Of a DNA stretch of 32,000 nt, positions 10,285 to 19,665 are shown piece after piece (the stretch's first letter is position 1; every line of letters begins with the position of its first letter). The notes beneath the pieces were generated by a model. It had not been told where the DNA came from, searched no databases, and saw only the letters and a list, made by a program, of their open reading frames with translations. The position numbers were made by a program, and so were the translations under genes. Source of the DNA: Moraxella nasicaprae (GTDB taxonomy: Bacteria > Pseudomonadota > Gammaproteobacteria > Pseudomonadales > Moraxellaceae); assembly GCF_025643275.1 (NCBI RefSeq), contig NZ_CP089977.1, forward strand, positions 1,410,001-1,442,000, given 5' to 3'.

Positions 10285-11964
10285 ATGGCTTTGATTTCTT
10301 TGACCGAGCGAAGTATTTTTTTTCGTATTTATACAGGTCTATTATTGGTCTGTGTTTGCGTGGGTTTTTTTGCGTATTTTTTGGTGGACACGCTTAATCA
10401 GGAGCGAGTGCAGTCTTATCGTGAAAAAATCGCCACAGGGGTATTTTATGTGGTCGGTCAGGAAATTGCCAAACAAAAAACCCCAGAAGCACGACAGCTT
10501 AGGCTTTCTGATGCCAGCAATTTGTTCGGACACTCATTTTCTGTTGTACCCATTGCTTCGGTTGATTTAAAAGCAAGAGAATGGCGACTGCTTGAAGAAG
10601 AAAAGACGGTGGTTCGTTATCTTGCCACCAGCAATGAATATGTGATTTTTCATCGCATCAGTGGCGAAGATAATCTATTGACGGTCAAAATGAGCCAGAT
10701 TGGAGAACGACATCTTAGGGCTTTGACGATTTTTGTGCTAGATGATTTGGCGTATTATCCAAGCATTCGAGAGCAACAAGCTCGATTAGAATTTTTGAGT
10801 CAAAAATTTTCTTATAAAATTGCTTTGACCAATTTTGACAATATTAAGCTTGACCAAGACCAAATTGCAAGGCTAAGACGAGGCGAGCCTGTGCTGATGT
10901 TTGATAATGATAATGGGCTACATAATTCCAAAATTTCTATCGTGGCAGCTTCTAATGTCGAAGATGTAGCGATGGTCATTGGTCCGATTGAGCTGTTTAA
11001 TTGGGCACCTTTTAACCTTATGGTCAGCGTGGCATTAACTTGTATGCTGCTGATTGGCTTGGGGGTTTATGGCTTGATTTTTCCTTTGGAACGCAGATTG
11101 CGTCTGTTGCAAATTGGGGTTGATCGGGTGTCATCTGGCAAGCTGGACACCAAAGTGCAGGTCATCGGACAAGATGATATTGCCAGATTATCCATGACTT
11201 TTAATGCAATGACGGCTCATATTAAGCGATTGATTGAGGCACAAAGAGAGCTGACCCGTGCTGTGTCGCACGAACTTCGCACACCTGTTGCCCGTATTCG
11301 TTTCGCGGTTGATATGTTGGCGGACACAGACGATGGTGAGTCTCGACAACTGCAAAAAAACTATATTGATGAAGACATCGAATCCTTAAATGAGCTGATT
11401 GATGAGATTTTGACTTACGCCAAACTAGAAGAGGGTTCGCCAAAACTTGATTGGGAAATGGTTGGCTTGCGTGAGTTGATTGAGCAAATCGAACGAGAAA
11501 CGAATGCATTAGGCAAGCCCATTAAGATTTTGACCGATTTACCATCACCCAAAGTCGCTGCAATGGCGGATAGGCGTTATCTGCATCGTGTGGTACAAAA
11601 CTTGGTGGGTAATGCGATTCGTTATGCCAACGCATCGGTTAAGGTGAGTGCGGGCATTCATAAAGACACTGCCTATGTCTGCGTGGAAGATGATGGACAA
11701 GGCATTGCTGAGGCTGACCGAGAAAAGGTATTTGTGCCATTTGCACGCTTGGACGACAGTCGCACCCGTGCGTCAGGTGGTTATGGTTTGGGCTTATCCA
11801 TTGTTAGTCGAATTGCATTTTGGTTCAATGCTGAATTAAGTGTTGATGAAAGCCCAACGCTTGGTGGTGCAAGATTTATGATGCGATGGCCGATTAAGCA
11901 GGTGGGCGTGGTGATTGTGGCTGATGAACTAACCCAGCAAAAGGCTGAAAAAACCTTAATGTAA
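10285..11964 (+). CDS. bfmS: Sensor histidine kinase, BfmS/RstB-like
   Basis: 559 aa. The layout is an N-terminal TM helix, a roughly 200-aa extracytoplasmic region, a second TM helix, HAMP, an H-box SHELRTPVARIRF, and the N/G boxes (NLVGNAIRYA, DDGQGI, GGYGLGLSIV). It lies directly downstream of the response regulator. Confidence 0.8.
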   Translation: MALISLTERSIFFRIYTGLLLVCVCVGFFAYFLVDTLNQERVQSYREKIATGVFYVVGQEIAKQKTPEARQLRLSDASNLFGHSFSVVPIASVDLKAREWRLLEEEKTVVRYLATSNEYVIFHRISGEDNLLTVKMSQIGERHLRALTIFVLDDLAYYPSIREQQARLEFLSQKFSYKIALTNFDNIKLDQDQIARLRRGEPVLMFDNDNGLHNSKISIVAASNVEDVAMVIGPIELFNWAPFNLMVSVALTCMLLIGLGVYGLIFPLERRLRLLQIGVDRVSSGKLDTKVQVIGQDDIARLSMTFNAMTAHIKRLIEAQRELTRAVSHELRTPVARIRFAVDMLADTDDGESRQLQKNYIDEDIESLNELIDEILTYAKLEEGSPKLDWEMVGLRELIEQIERETNALGKPIKILTDLPSPKVAAMADRRYLHRVVQNLVGNAIRYANASVKVSAGIHKDTAYVCVEDDGQGIAEADREKVFVPFARLDDSRTRASGGYGLGLSIVSRIAFWFNAELSVDESPTLGGARFMMRWPIKQVGVVIVADELTQQKAEKTLM

Positions 11965-11971
11965 TCATACC

Positions 11972-12006
11972 AAAAAATCCCCAGCGTCAGGCATGGGGAT
12001 TTTTTA
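11972..12006. terminator. Bidirectional rho-independent terminator between the convergent bfmS-like and envZ-like genes
   Basis: AAAAAATCCCCA (11972-11983) and TGGGGATTTTTT (11994-12005) are reverse complements. The GC core is TCCCCA/TGGGGA, and A/T runs on both sides give a U-tract in either direction. Confidence 0.8.
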
Positions 12007-12011
12007 TTGGT

Positions 12012-13394
12012 TTAGCCTAAGGTTTCTTCTAGTGAGTCATCTTGAAAGGCAATCGATTTTAGAGGAATTTTGACACAGACTTGCAGACCACCATTTGGGT
12101 GATTTACCGCCTCAACCGTTCCTTGATGAAGTCTGGCAATACGACTAACAATCGCCAGACCCAAGCCACTGCCTTGCACGGTACGAGCAGACTCTCCTCG
12201 TTCAAAAGGGTGCATGATGCGTTCTAATTGGTCTTCGGCAACGCCTTCGCCTTCATCTTTGACGCACAAAATCAACATCGGATATTGGCTATCGTCATTG
12301 GGCGGTGCGATGCTTGCCAGTAGATGAATGGGTTGTTCGCCGTAGCGAATGGCATTATTCACCAGATTGATGATGAGTCTTTTAATGGAAAGAGGGCGAA
12401 CTGGCACAGACTGATTGACGGTGGATTCATAAATAAAGCGAGTACCACTAAACTGTATCATAATTTCTTTGAAGATGGTTTCAAGGTCGGTTGGTCGCAC
12501 CGCCTCATCAGAACCATCTTTCATAAAGGAAATGAACTGCTCCAAAATGGCGTCCATGTCATCAATATCATATACTAAGCCCTCTCGGAAAAATTCGTCA
12601 GGCAGCATTTCAGCGGTCAGACGCATTCTGGTTAATGGTGTACGCAAATCGTGACTGATGCCCGCCAGCATAATCATTCGTTCTTTTTGAGATTGATTGA
12701 GTGTGGTAAACAGTTGATTAAAGGCGGTGTTTACTTGACGAATCTCGTTTGGACCTGTCTGAGTGGGCAGGGTGGTGGCATAGCCTTGCTCGATATAATC
12801 ACTGGCGGCTTTTTCTAGTTTTTTGAGTGGACGATTAAGCCCACGCACCAAAATAAGAATGGTTAAAATGGTCAATAAAGGCAAGCCAATGACAAAACCA
12901 AATAACACGCCCGTGCTGTACTGCGAATAAAACATCATGGGCTCACGAATCCAAATCTTTGGATTGGCACTATCGTGAATCCACAGCTTGGGCGTGGGTT
13001 TAAACTTAAAATAAACCTCTACTTCTCGACCCAAGTCTGCTGAGATTTGGTCAGCTAATATTTGGGTAACATGACTGATGATGAGTTTGTCATTGACATC
13101 GGGAAACTCATTGGGGTCATCGATGATTTCAATGTGTGTGTTGCGTTTTAGCCATTCAACAACCAAAGGTTTGTCGTACCATCGGTCATCAGCGGTGGTG
13201 AGCAAGCGAATTTCACTGGCAAGATAACTGGCATGATTTTTTAGCTCTGGTAAATACAGACTTCTCCAAAATAACCATAAAGAAAGCCAGACACTAACAA
13301 AGACGATAAAAAATACCACCACGACCGTTCGTAGTGTGTTGGAGTGTAGGCGATGGCGAAATTTTCCCAAAGTGGCGTTTGTTTTTTTATTCAT
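12012..13394 (-). CDS. envZ: Osmosensor-type histidine kinase, EnvZ orthologue-like, with no adjacent response regulator
   Basis: 460 aa that is colinear with E. coli EnvZ as I remember it. Matching blocks are N-terminal TM + LYLPELKNHASYLASEIRLL, KIWIREPM (cf. NIWVRVPL), LNRPLKKLEKAA, the H-box GISHDLRTPLTRMRLTAEML, PLSIKRLIINLVNNAIRYG, DEGEGV, and FERGESARTVQGSGLGLAIV. Confidence 0.8.
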   Translation of the reverse strand: MNKKTNATLGKFRHRLHSNTLRTVVVVFFIVFVSVWLSLWLFWRSLYLPELKNHASYLASEIRLLTTADDRWYDKPLVVEWLKRNTHIEIIDDPNEFPDVNDKLIISHVTQILADQISADLGREVEVYFKFKPTPKLWIHDSANPKIWIREPMMFYSQYSTGVLFGFVIGLPLLTILTILILVRGLNRPLKKLEKAASDYIEQGYATTLPTQTGPNEIRQVNTAFNQLFTTLNQSQKERMIMLAGISHDLRTPLTRMRLTAEMLPDEFFREGLVYDIDDMDAILEQFISFMKDGSDEAVRPTDLETIFKEIMIQFSGTRFIYESTVNQSVPVRPLSIKRLIINLVNNAIRYGEQPIHLLASIAPPNDDSQYPMLILCVKDEGEGVAEDQLERIMHPFERGESARTVQGSGLGLAIVSRIARLHQGTVEAVNHPNGGLQVCVKIPLKSIAFQDDSLEETLG

Positions 13395-13507
13395 AAGAAA
13401 AACACATCATCTAATCGCAATTAGCCCATTGTATCACAGCTTTTGTTGGGCTTTTGTAGATAATTTACACAAAAATAGATTTTTTGCTTTTAAGATGACA
13501 AAATACT

Positions 13508-13516
13508 TGCTATAAT
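13508..13516 (+). promoter_or_regulatory. Putative extended -10 promoter (TGCTATAAT) for the rpsP operon
   Basis: TGCTATAAT lies at 13508-13516, about 125 nt upstream of the rpsP ATG. No good -35 is visible, which is consistent with an extended -10 promoter. Confidence 0.45.
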
Positions 13517-13641
13517 GACGGCTTTAATGGTTCAGGTTCGTGTCGGCTCATCCTCAACTTTATCGAATCTGTATCATGCTCTAATTCTTGCAAACATTTT
13601 TCGTTATTTTCATACAATTTTATTTGTACAAGAGAGTTATC

Positions 13642-13890
13642 ATGGTAGTTATTCGTCTAGCCCGTGGCGGTTCAAAAAAGCGTCCTTTTTACCAAGTCGT
13701 TGTTGCTGACAAGCGTGCAGCTCGTGATGGTCGTTTTATCGAAAAAATCGGTTTCTTCAACCCACTAGCTCGTGGTCAAGAAGTTGAAACTCGTATCGAC
13801 CTAGAAGCCTACAATGCGTGGATTGCAAAAGGTGCACAACCTTCTGACCGTGTTGCTTCTTTGGTAAAAGCGCTAAATAAAGCTGCTTAA
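13642..13890 (+). CDS. rpsP: 30S ribosomal protein S16
   Basis: [41 protein letters not shown] is a canonical S16 N-terminus. A GAGAG Shine-Dalgarno lies upstream. The ORF-track start at 13588 is an upstream extension. Confidence 0.95.
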   Translation: MVVIRLARGGSKKRPFYQVVVADKRAARDGRFIEKIGFFNPLARGQEVETRIDLEAYNAWIAKGAQPSDRVASLVKALNKAA

Positions 13891-13908
13891 TCCTAAGTCT
13901 TAGACAGG

Positions 13909-13940
13909 CGGTTTGCGTTCGATTGAGCGTAAACCGTTTT
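13909..13940 (+). terminator. Terminator/attenuator-like hairpin between rpsP and rimM
   Basis: CGGTTTGCG (13909-13917) pairs with CGTAAACCG (13928-13936), giving 9 bp including one G-U pair. The loop is 10 nt and TTTT (13937-13940) follows. Confidence 0.55.
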
Positions 13941-13963
13941 GTGCTATATTTTAATCGATTTCA

Positions 13964-14009
13964 ATTTTATTTATCATTTGATGAATACGGTTTAGATGAT
14001 AAATAAAAT
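13964..14009. repeat. 14-bp perfect inverted repeat in the rpsP-rimM spacer
   Basis: ATTTTATTTATCAT (13964-13977) and ATGATAAATAAAAT (13996-14009) are perfect reverse complements separated by 18 nt. Confidence 0.7.
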
Positions 14010-14030
14010 GAACAACGAAGAGCTGTCATT

Positions 14031-14591
14031 GTGAATACTGCTACACCTAATCCATCTCGTCAAACACCGCCTGATGCGTCTGAGTTGATTAAGATTGCCA
14101 CCCTAAAAAAACCTTATGGCATTAGAGGTTGGCTATGGGTATTTAGCGAAACCGATGAGAGAGAGGGTGTTTTTGCAATGTCGCCTTGGTGGATGAAAAC
14201 CGCCACAGGATTTAAACCCTTAACCGTCAAAGAATGGCGAACACAAGGGGCTGGTTTGGTGGCAAGTTTTGTTGAAATTGCCGACCGCAATGTCGCTGAG
14301 ACCATGAATGGCACGACCATTTGGGTGCATAAAGACAGTTTTCCAGCCCTTGATGACGATGAATATTATTGGTCGGATTTGGTGGGTTTGACAGTCATCA
14401 ATGAACAAGAAGAAAACTTGGGCGTGATTAAATCATTGTTTGAGACTGGTGCTCATGAAATCATCACGGTCAAGCCAACCGCCGATAGTATTGATGATGA
14501 AGAAAGACTTATCCCTTGGCACAAAGACATCGTTTTGTCGGTGAATTTGGCTGAGAAAACCATGCGTGTGGCATGGGGGTCTGACTACTAA
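14031..14591 (+). CDS. rimM: 16S rRNA processing protein RimM
   Basis: 186 aa with a GTG start and a GAAGAG Shine-Dalgarno. The motif KPYGIRGWLWVFS matches RimM (cf. E. coli YGIRGWLRVFS), a PRC-barrel C-terminal half is present, and the operon position fits. Confidence 0.9.
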   Translation: MNTATPNPSRQTPPDASELIKIATLKKPYGIRGWLWVFSETDEREGVFAMSPWWMKTATGFKPLTVKEWRTQGAGLVASFVEIADRNVAETMNGTTIWVHKDSFPALDDDEYYWSDLVGLTVINEQEENLGVIKSLFETGAHEIITVKPTADSIDDEERLIPWHKDIVLSVNLAEKTMRVAWGSDY

Positions 14592-14613
14592 ATGATGGCG
14601 TTGGACGAATAGC

Positions 14614-15360
14614 GTGTTTTTTGCAGTCATCAGCATCTTGCCAGAAATGTTTGATGCCATCACTCAGTTTGGTGTGGTGGGGCGAGCCTTAAAGCGTCAG
14701 CAGGCGACGGTACATTTAATCAATCCACGAGATTTTACGACGGATAATTATCGACGCATTGATGAGCGACCTTTTGGTGGTGGACCGGGTATGGTCATGA
14801 TGGCAGAGCCACTTGAAAAAGCCATTTTGCACGCCAAAGCATTGGCAAGCCAGCATGGTTGTCAAATGAGCCGATGCCCTGTGGTCTATCTATCCCCACA
14901 AGGCAAAACGCTGTGCGAACAGACGACAGTACAGATGCTGGATATGGACGGCATGATTTTATTATGCGGTCGTTATGAAGGCATTGATGAGCGATTGCTT
15001 AACTGTTATGTGAACCAAGAAATTTCTATTGGCGACTATGTATTGACAGGTGGTGAGCTGCCTGCCATGGTATTGATGGACAGTGTGATTCGCCGATTGC
15101 CTGCGGTGATGGGCGATGATTTATCAGCGGTGCAAGACTCCTTTGTTGATGGGTTGCTTGACTGTCCTCATTATACCAAACCGCTGGTTTTTCATAATCA
15201 AAGCGTGCCAGAAGTGCTGCTTTCTGGACATCATGCCAATATTGCCAAATGGCGGTTTTTGCAGCAGGTCAAACGTACCAAAGACAGACGACCTGACTTA
15301 TGGCAGGCATTTGAACCAACCAAAGAACAAGCCAAATGGCTAAAAGATTTCAAAGATTAA
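14614..15360 (+). CDS. trmD: tRNA (guanine37-N1)-methyltransferase
   Basis: GTG start. The N-terminus [26 protein letters not shown] parallels E. coli TrmD, and the blocks [40 protein letters not shown] are present. Confidence 0.95.
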   Translation: MFFAVISILPEMFDAITQFGVVGRALKRQQATVHLINPRDFTTDNYRRIDERPFGGGPGMVMMAEPLEKAILHAKALASQHGCQMSRCPVVYLSPQGKTLCEQTTVQMLDMDGMILLCGRYEGIDERLLNCYVNQEISIGDYVLTGGELPAMVLMDSVIRRLPAVMGDDLSAVQDSFVDGLLDCPHYTKPLVFHNQSVPEVLLSGHHANIAKWRFLQQVKRTKDRRPDLWQAFEPTKEQAKWLKDFKD

Positions 15361-15494
15361 CTTTCGCCTGAGTGGTTCAGGTACACGATTGATTAGTCAA
15401 TCGTCTTTAAAAACGATGGTAAGCGACTTTTTAACCACAGTGCATTGCACAAAAAAGTACTCAGCCTATGCCATGATTATTTAGGAGAATTCTT

Positions 15495-15863
15495 GTGAGC
15501 AACAAGCATCCTTTGGTACAATCTATCGAAAACGCTCAACTAAAAGACCACCCAGCATTCGCACCAGGCGATACCGTTGTGGTTCAAGTTAAGGTTCGTG
15601 AAGGCGACCGTGAGCGTCTGCAAGCATTTGAAGGCGTGGTTATCGCTAAGCGTAACCGTGGTCTAAACTCATCATTCACCGTGCGTAAGATTTCTAGCGG
15701 TGTTGGTGTTGAGCGTGCTTTCCAATTGCACTCTCCACTAATCGCCAGCATTGAAGTGAAACGCCGTGGTGATGTACGCCGTGCGAAGTTGTACTACCTG
15801 CGTGAGCGTTCTGGTAAGTCTGCTCGTATTAAAGAAAAATTGGGTGCAAAAAAAGACGCTTAA
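15495..15863 (+). CDS. rplS: 50S ribosomal protein L19
   Basis: GTG start with an AGGAGA Shine-Dalgarno at 15483-15488. The block [38 protein letters not shown]...[19 protein letters not shown] is nearly identical in pattern to E. coli L19. Confidence 0.95.
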   Translation: MSNKHPLVQSIENAQLKDHPAFAPGDTVVVQVKVREGDRERLQAFEGVVIAKRNRGLNSSFTVRKISSGVGVERAFQLHSPLIASIEVKRRGDVRRAKLYYLRERSGKSARIKEKLGAKKDA

Positions 15864-15881
15864 TCGTCCAATTTTCCCCAT

Positions 15882-15917
15882 CAAACCCCTAAGTGTTTAC
15901 TTGGGGGTTTGTTTTTT
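15882..15917 (+). terminator. Rho-independent terminator after rplS
   Basis: CAAACCCC (15882-15889) pairs with GGGGTTTG (15904-15911), and the stem is extendable to about 12 bp. TTTTTT (15912-15917) follows. It overlaps the 3' end of the convergent minus-strand gene. Confidence 0.8.
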
Positions 15918-16421
15918 GATGAGAAATGTTTTATTGATGATGGCGATGGGTTTTTGGTGTGTGTCGCTGATGATGACCTGATAACTGCGTTCCATGCTTG
16001 GATTGTCTTGACAGTGTGCCGTGATGATTTTTAGTTCTTCGTTGTCAATCTTGATGCGTGCGATGGCTTTGTCTTGACTGGCTTTGATGAATTGGATTTG
16101 GCTGGATAGTTCGCTGATGTGGTAATCTTTGCCCAATTTGTGCGATAATAGCATCATCAAAAAAGGGTCTGCCATCATATACAGATTGCCACCAAAATGA
16201 TTGCCATCAAATCCTTTGTTGAGCTTGGTTAAGGGTAAATGAACCACGCACAGCCCATTATCCAAATCCAGCAGCTCCAACCGAATTCCTGCCCCTAAAA
16301 GTGGTGCAAAGGTGTTGGCACGGCTTTTTAATAAATGAGGCAGCAACTGCGGATAAGTGGCTTTTTTGCCTTGTTTGACCAATTTGCCAAGTTTATGTTT
16401 GGTGGATTGCCAGACCATCAT
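15897..16421 (-). CDS. Hotdog-fold thioesterase-like protein (PaaI/YiiD_C/DUF4442-like)
   Basis: 174 aa. The motif PLTKLNKGFDGNHFGGNLYMMADPF resembles the 'N..g..HGG...' core of PaaI/YiiD-type hotdog thioesterases. This is a family-level call only. Confidence 0.45.
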   Translation of the reverse strand: MMVWQSTKHKLGKLVKQGKKATYPQLLPHLLKSRANTFAPLLGAGIRLELLDLDNGLCVVHLPLTKLNKGFDGNHFGGNLYMMADPFLMMLLSHKLGKDYHISELSSQIQFIKASQDKAIARIKIDNEELKIITAHCQDNPSMERSYQVIISDTHQKPIAIINKTFLIKKQTPK

Positions 16422-16540
16422 CAGTCCCTTTCATAACAAAAATACTGTGAATAATTTTGCCATATTTTGCCCATAAAATAAAGTTGTATAAAAATAATAC
16501 ACTTGTTTGGCGAACCATGAGCACCATAATGCGATAGACG

Positions 16541-18385
16541 ATGAGCGATTTTTCTAATAATGACACCATGTCATCAAAACAACGGTTAAAAGAAACCGTA
16601 AAATCTTTGCCAAATTTGCCAGGCGTGTATAAGATGCTGGGCAAATCGGGGGAGATTTTGTATGTTGGCAAAGCAAAATCACTCAAAAATCGAGTGAGTA
16701 GCTATTTTGCCAAAACCATCGAACACCCCAAAACACAGGCATTGGTACAAAGAATCTGTGATGTAGAAATCATCATCACACGCAGTGAAACTGAGGCCTT
16801 GTTGTTAGAACAAAATCTCATCAAAAATCATCGCCCGCCTTATAATGTGATTCTCAGGGACGATAAATCCTATCTATATGTATTTGTTTCAACAGATAAA
16901 TTTCCACGCCTAAGTTTTGGACGAGGCAAAGGCAATCACACCCAAGGTCGATTTTTTGGCCCTTACCCATCAGCACATGGTGCTAAGCAGTCGTTGCAGC
17001 TCATGCAAAAATTATTCATGATTCGAAATTGTACCAATAGTTTTTTTGCTGCCAGAAAAAGACCTTGTCTAGAATACCAAATCAAACGATGTAAAGCCCC
17101 ATGTGTTGGGCTGGTGTCGCATGAGGAATACAGTCAAGATGTGCAGGCAGCGTTGGGTTTTTTGCAGGGAAATTCTGACCAAGTACAACAAATGCTGGTG
17201 CAAAAAATGGAGCAAGCCGCCCACAATCTTAACTTTGAGCAAGCGGTGTTTTATCGAGACCGCTTGACGATGATTAGTGAGTTGCAGGCACAGCAAGCGG
17301 TGTTTCGCTTGGAGGGCGAGGCAGATGTGTTTGCCATCAGCGAGATGGCTGGTACCAGTGTCATTCATGTATTGACGGTGCGTGGCGGGCAAGTTTTGGG
17401 TGGCAAAAATTATTTTCCTGATGGCATTGCACCTGATGCCAAAAGCCGTGCAGAGCGATTGTCGGAATTTTTATTGTCGTTTTATTTTCAGGTCAGTGAT
17501 GATTTACCCAGCGAAATCATCGTCAGTGACGAGCTTGATGAAGTGATGGCGATAGAATCGGTGTTGATGCAGGAATTTGCAAAAAAACCACAGATTAAAC
17601 ACCGAGTACAAAAACATCGCAAGGAGTGGCTGGACATCGCCAAGCTCAATGCTGACAATGCACTCAAAACGCAGCTTAAAGACCAAAGAGAGCTGCACGC
17701 CAGATTCACCGCTTTGCAGTCTGTTTTGTCATCGGTCACCTCAAACACCATTAATCGCATTGAATGCTTTGACATCAGTCATACGATGGGCGAGGCAGCG
17801 ATTGGTTCGTGCGTGGTGTTCGACCAAGGCGGTATGCGAAAACGAGATTATCGCCAATATGCCATTCACGACATCACAGGTGGCGATGATTATGCAGCGA
17901 TGCGTCAGGTTTTGGGCAGACGATATGCCAAAAATCCTTTGCCTGATTTGCTATTGATTGATGGCGGCAAGGGGCAGCTAAACATCGCCAAAGAGGTCTT
18001 GATGGAGCTTGGTAAACTTGACGAAACCCTGCTGGTCAGCGTGGCAAAAGGCGAGGGTCGAAAGGCAGGATTGGAGGTGTTGCACTTTATTGAGCATGAA
18101 CCGATGGATTTACCAGCCGACCATAAAGCATTGCATTTGATGATGCAAGTGCGAGATGAGGCTCATCGATTTGCCATCACCGCTCATCGTAAAAAGCGAG
18201 ATAAAAAACGCAGCAGTTCGGTGCTTGAAGTCATTCCAGGATTGGGGCAAAAACGCCGCCGAGATTTGCTTAATCACTTTGGTGGCATTGGACAACTTTT
18301 GGGAGCCTCAGAAGAGCAAATCGCCCAAGTCAAAGGCATTGGCAAAGTATTGGCAGGCACGATTTATAAATCTTTACATGAATAA
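16541..18385 (+). CDS. uvrC: Excinuclease ABC subunit C
   Basis: 614 aa. It has an N-terminal GIY-YIG domain ([30 protein letters not shown]...YN), a UVR domain ([11 protein letters not shown]), an endonuclease V-like domain and a C-terminal (HhH)2 ([20 protein letters not shown]). Confidence 0.95.
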   Translation: MSDFSNNDTMSSKQRLKETVKSLPNLPGVYKMLGKSGEILYVGKAKSLKNRVSSYFAKTIEHPKTQALVQRICDVEIIITRSETEALLLEQNLIKNHRPPYNVILRDDKSYLYVFVSTDKFPRLSFGRGKGNHTQGRFFGPYPSAHGAKQSLQLMQKLFMIRNCTNSFFAARKRPCLEYQIKRCKAPCVGLVSHEEYSQDVQAALGFLQGNSDQVQQMLVQKMEQAAHNLNFEQAVFYRDRLTMISELQAQQAVFRLEGEADVFAISEMAGTSVIHVLTVRGGQVLGGKNYFPDGIAPDAKSRAERLSEFLLSFYFQVSDDLPSEIIVSDELDEVMAIESVLMQEFAKKPQIKHRVQKHRKEWLDIAKLNADNALKTQLKDQRELHARFTALQSVLSSVTSNTINRIECFDISHTMGEAAIGSCVVFDQGGMRKRDYRQYAIHDITGGDDYAAMRQVLGRRYAKNPLPDLLLIDGGKGQLNIAKEVLMELGKLDETLLVSVAKGEGRKAGLEVLHFIEHEPMDLPADHKALHLMMQVRDEAHRFAITAHRKKRDKKRSSSVLEVIPGLGQKRRRDLLNHFGGIGQLLGASEEQIAQVKGIGKVLAGTIYKSLHE

Positions 18386-18403
18386 AGCTATATCGCCAGA
18401 CAT

Positions 18404-18436
18404 CAAAAAAACCGCCATTGATGATGGCGGTTTGTG
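18404..18436. terminator. Shared terminator between convergent uvrC and the monooxygenase gene (stronger on the minus strand)
   Basis: AAACCGCCAT (18409-18418) pairs with ATGGCGGTTT (18424-18433) across a 5-nt loop. A run of seven A on the plus side gives a U-tract for the minus-strand transcript, while the plus strand has only TTTGTG. Confidence 0.75.
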
Positions 18437-18437
18437 A

Positions 18438-19631
18438 TTAGCCTGTTAATTGTTTGGCAATCCAATGTTTGACGGGTGGTAGGTTGTTACTGACTCTCAG
18501 GGCGATTTTACGCAGGGTTTGTACAGGCTTGGTGTCGTTGGTAAATAACGATACCATGGCATTGGTGCCGTGATACAAGGGGCGAGTGTGTCGCTGATGC
18601 TGACTGTCGTATTGGCGAAGTAGGGCTTGTGAGCCAATGTCTGCACCAATGCTATGGGCTTTTAGGATTAAAGGGGCAAGTGTGTCAGCACTGAGCAAGC
18701 CAAGATTATAGCCATGAGCGGTCACAGGGTGCATACCAACGGCTGCATCGCCAATCAGTGCCATACGCTTGGCATAAAACTGATGAGCATGCACGCCCAT
18801 CAATGGATAATGATGCACGCTACCTGCAATATTGAGCGTGCCTAATTTGTCATTCATCATTCGCTGAGCTTTGGCGACCAGCTCGTCAGTGGATTTTGCC
18901 AGTAGTTGTACAGCTTGTGTATTATCCAGCGTGATGACGCAATTGGTCAAGTGGTCATGCAAGGGCAATAATGCCAGCGTCTGAGAACCGATAAAGTGTT
19001 CTTCGGCAGTGGCTTGATTGGAGTTTGGGTGGCTGACACGAAAAACAATCACGGTACGCCCAAAATCGTGCAAATGTGAACCAATCCCAAAAGATTTTCG
19101 CATTGCAGATAGGCGACTGTCAGCAGCGACCAACAGATTGGCTGTCAGCATACGCCCATCATCAAGAGTGATGTATGCCATCTTATCATCGGTGTGGGCA
19201 TCAACGACCACAGTATCAGTGATGATACGAACATTAGGCAGTGCGGCAACTTCATCATAGACAGCACGGCGAATGTTATGATTGGAAATCAGATTGCCCA
19301 AGCGGTCAATGGAACGCAGGGTTTTTTGGTGGGTTGGTACACGAAAATGCAAGGCGTAATCAGAATCGCCATTGAATACTTTGGCGTCTTTTAAGGGAAA
19401 GATTTCATCAGCATCAATGCGTTGCCACACCCCTAAGTTTTGTAAGATTTCTTTGGAGCGGTGTGTTAAGGCAATCTCTCGCCCGTCATAAGCAGGATTT
19501 TTTAGGCTGGACAACGGGGCTTTTTCGATGAGGGTAATGCGTAATTCACTACCTGCAAAATAACGAGCAAAAGCCAGACCAGCAGGCCCTGCTCCTACGA
19601 TGATGATGTCGCTGTGTGCTTCGTTATTCAT
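18438..19631 (-). CDS. FAD-dependent aromatic-ring monooxygenase, UbiH/UbiF/UbiI/COQ6 family
   Basis: 397 aa with an N-terminal Rossmann motif IIIVGAGPAGLAFA and the family block MALIGDAAVGMHPVTAHGYNLGL (GD...HP..GqG.N). Which ubiquinone hydroxylation step it performs cannot be told from sequence alone. Confidence 0.8.
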   Translation of the reverse strand: MNNEAHSDIIIVGAGPAGLAFARYFAGSELRITLIEKAPLSSLKNPAYDGREIALTHRSKEILQNLGVWQRIDADEIFPLKDAKVFNGDSDYALHFRVPTHQKTLRSIDRLGNLISNHNIRRAVYDEVAALPNVRIITDTVVVDAHTDDKMAYITLDDGRMLTANLLVAADSRLSAMRKSFGIGSHLHDFGRTVIVFRVSHPNSNQATAEEHFIGSQTLALLPLHDHLTNCVITLDNTQAVQLLAKSTDELVAKAQRMMNDKLGTLNIAGSVHHYPLMGVHAHQFYAKRMALIGDAAVGMHPVTAHGYNLGLLSADTLAPLILKAHSIGADIGSQALLRQYDSQHQRHTRPLYHGTNAMVSLFTNDTKPVQTLRKIALRVSNNLPPVKHWIAKQLTG

Positions 19632-19665
19632 GATATTGCCCCAAATGCTGTTTTTGAGTTAGGCA

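Noticed and set aside
13515-13709. ORF 13515-13709 (+), and the N-terminal extension of rpsP to 13588
   Set aside because: Canonical S16 begins at [10 protein letters not shown] (ATG 13642) and has its own Shine-Dalgarno sequence. The upstream ORFs lie in the promoter and leader region and encode non-conserved sequence.
16422-16540. SOS (LexA) box upstream of uvrC
   Set aside because: No CTGT-N8-ACAG-type palindrome is present. The only CTGT (near 16444) lacks a partner half-site.
16393-16686. 97-aa minus-strand ORF spanning the thioesterase-uvrC intergenic region and the uvrC 5' end
   Set aside because: It overlaps the conserved GIY-YIG coding region of uvrC in antisense and has no supporting signals.
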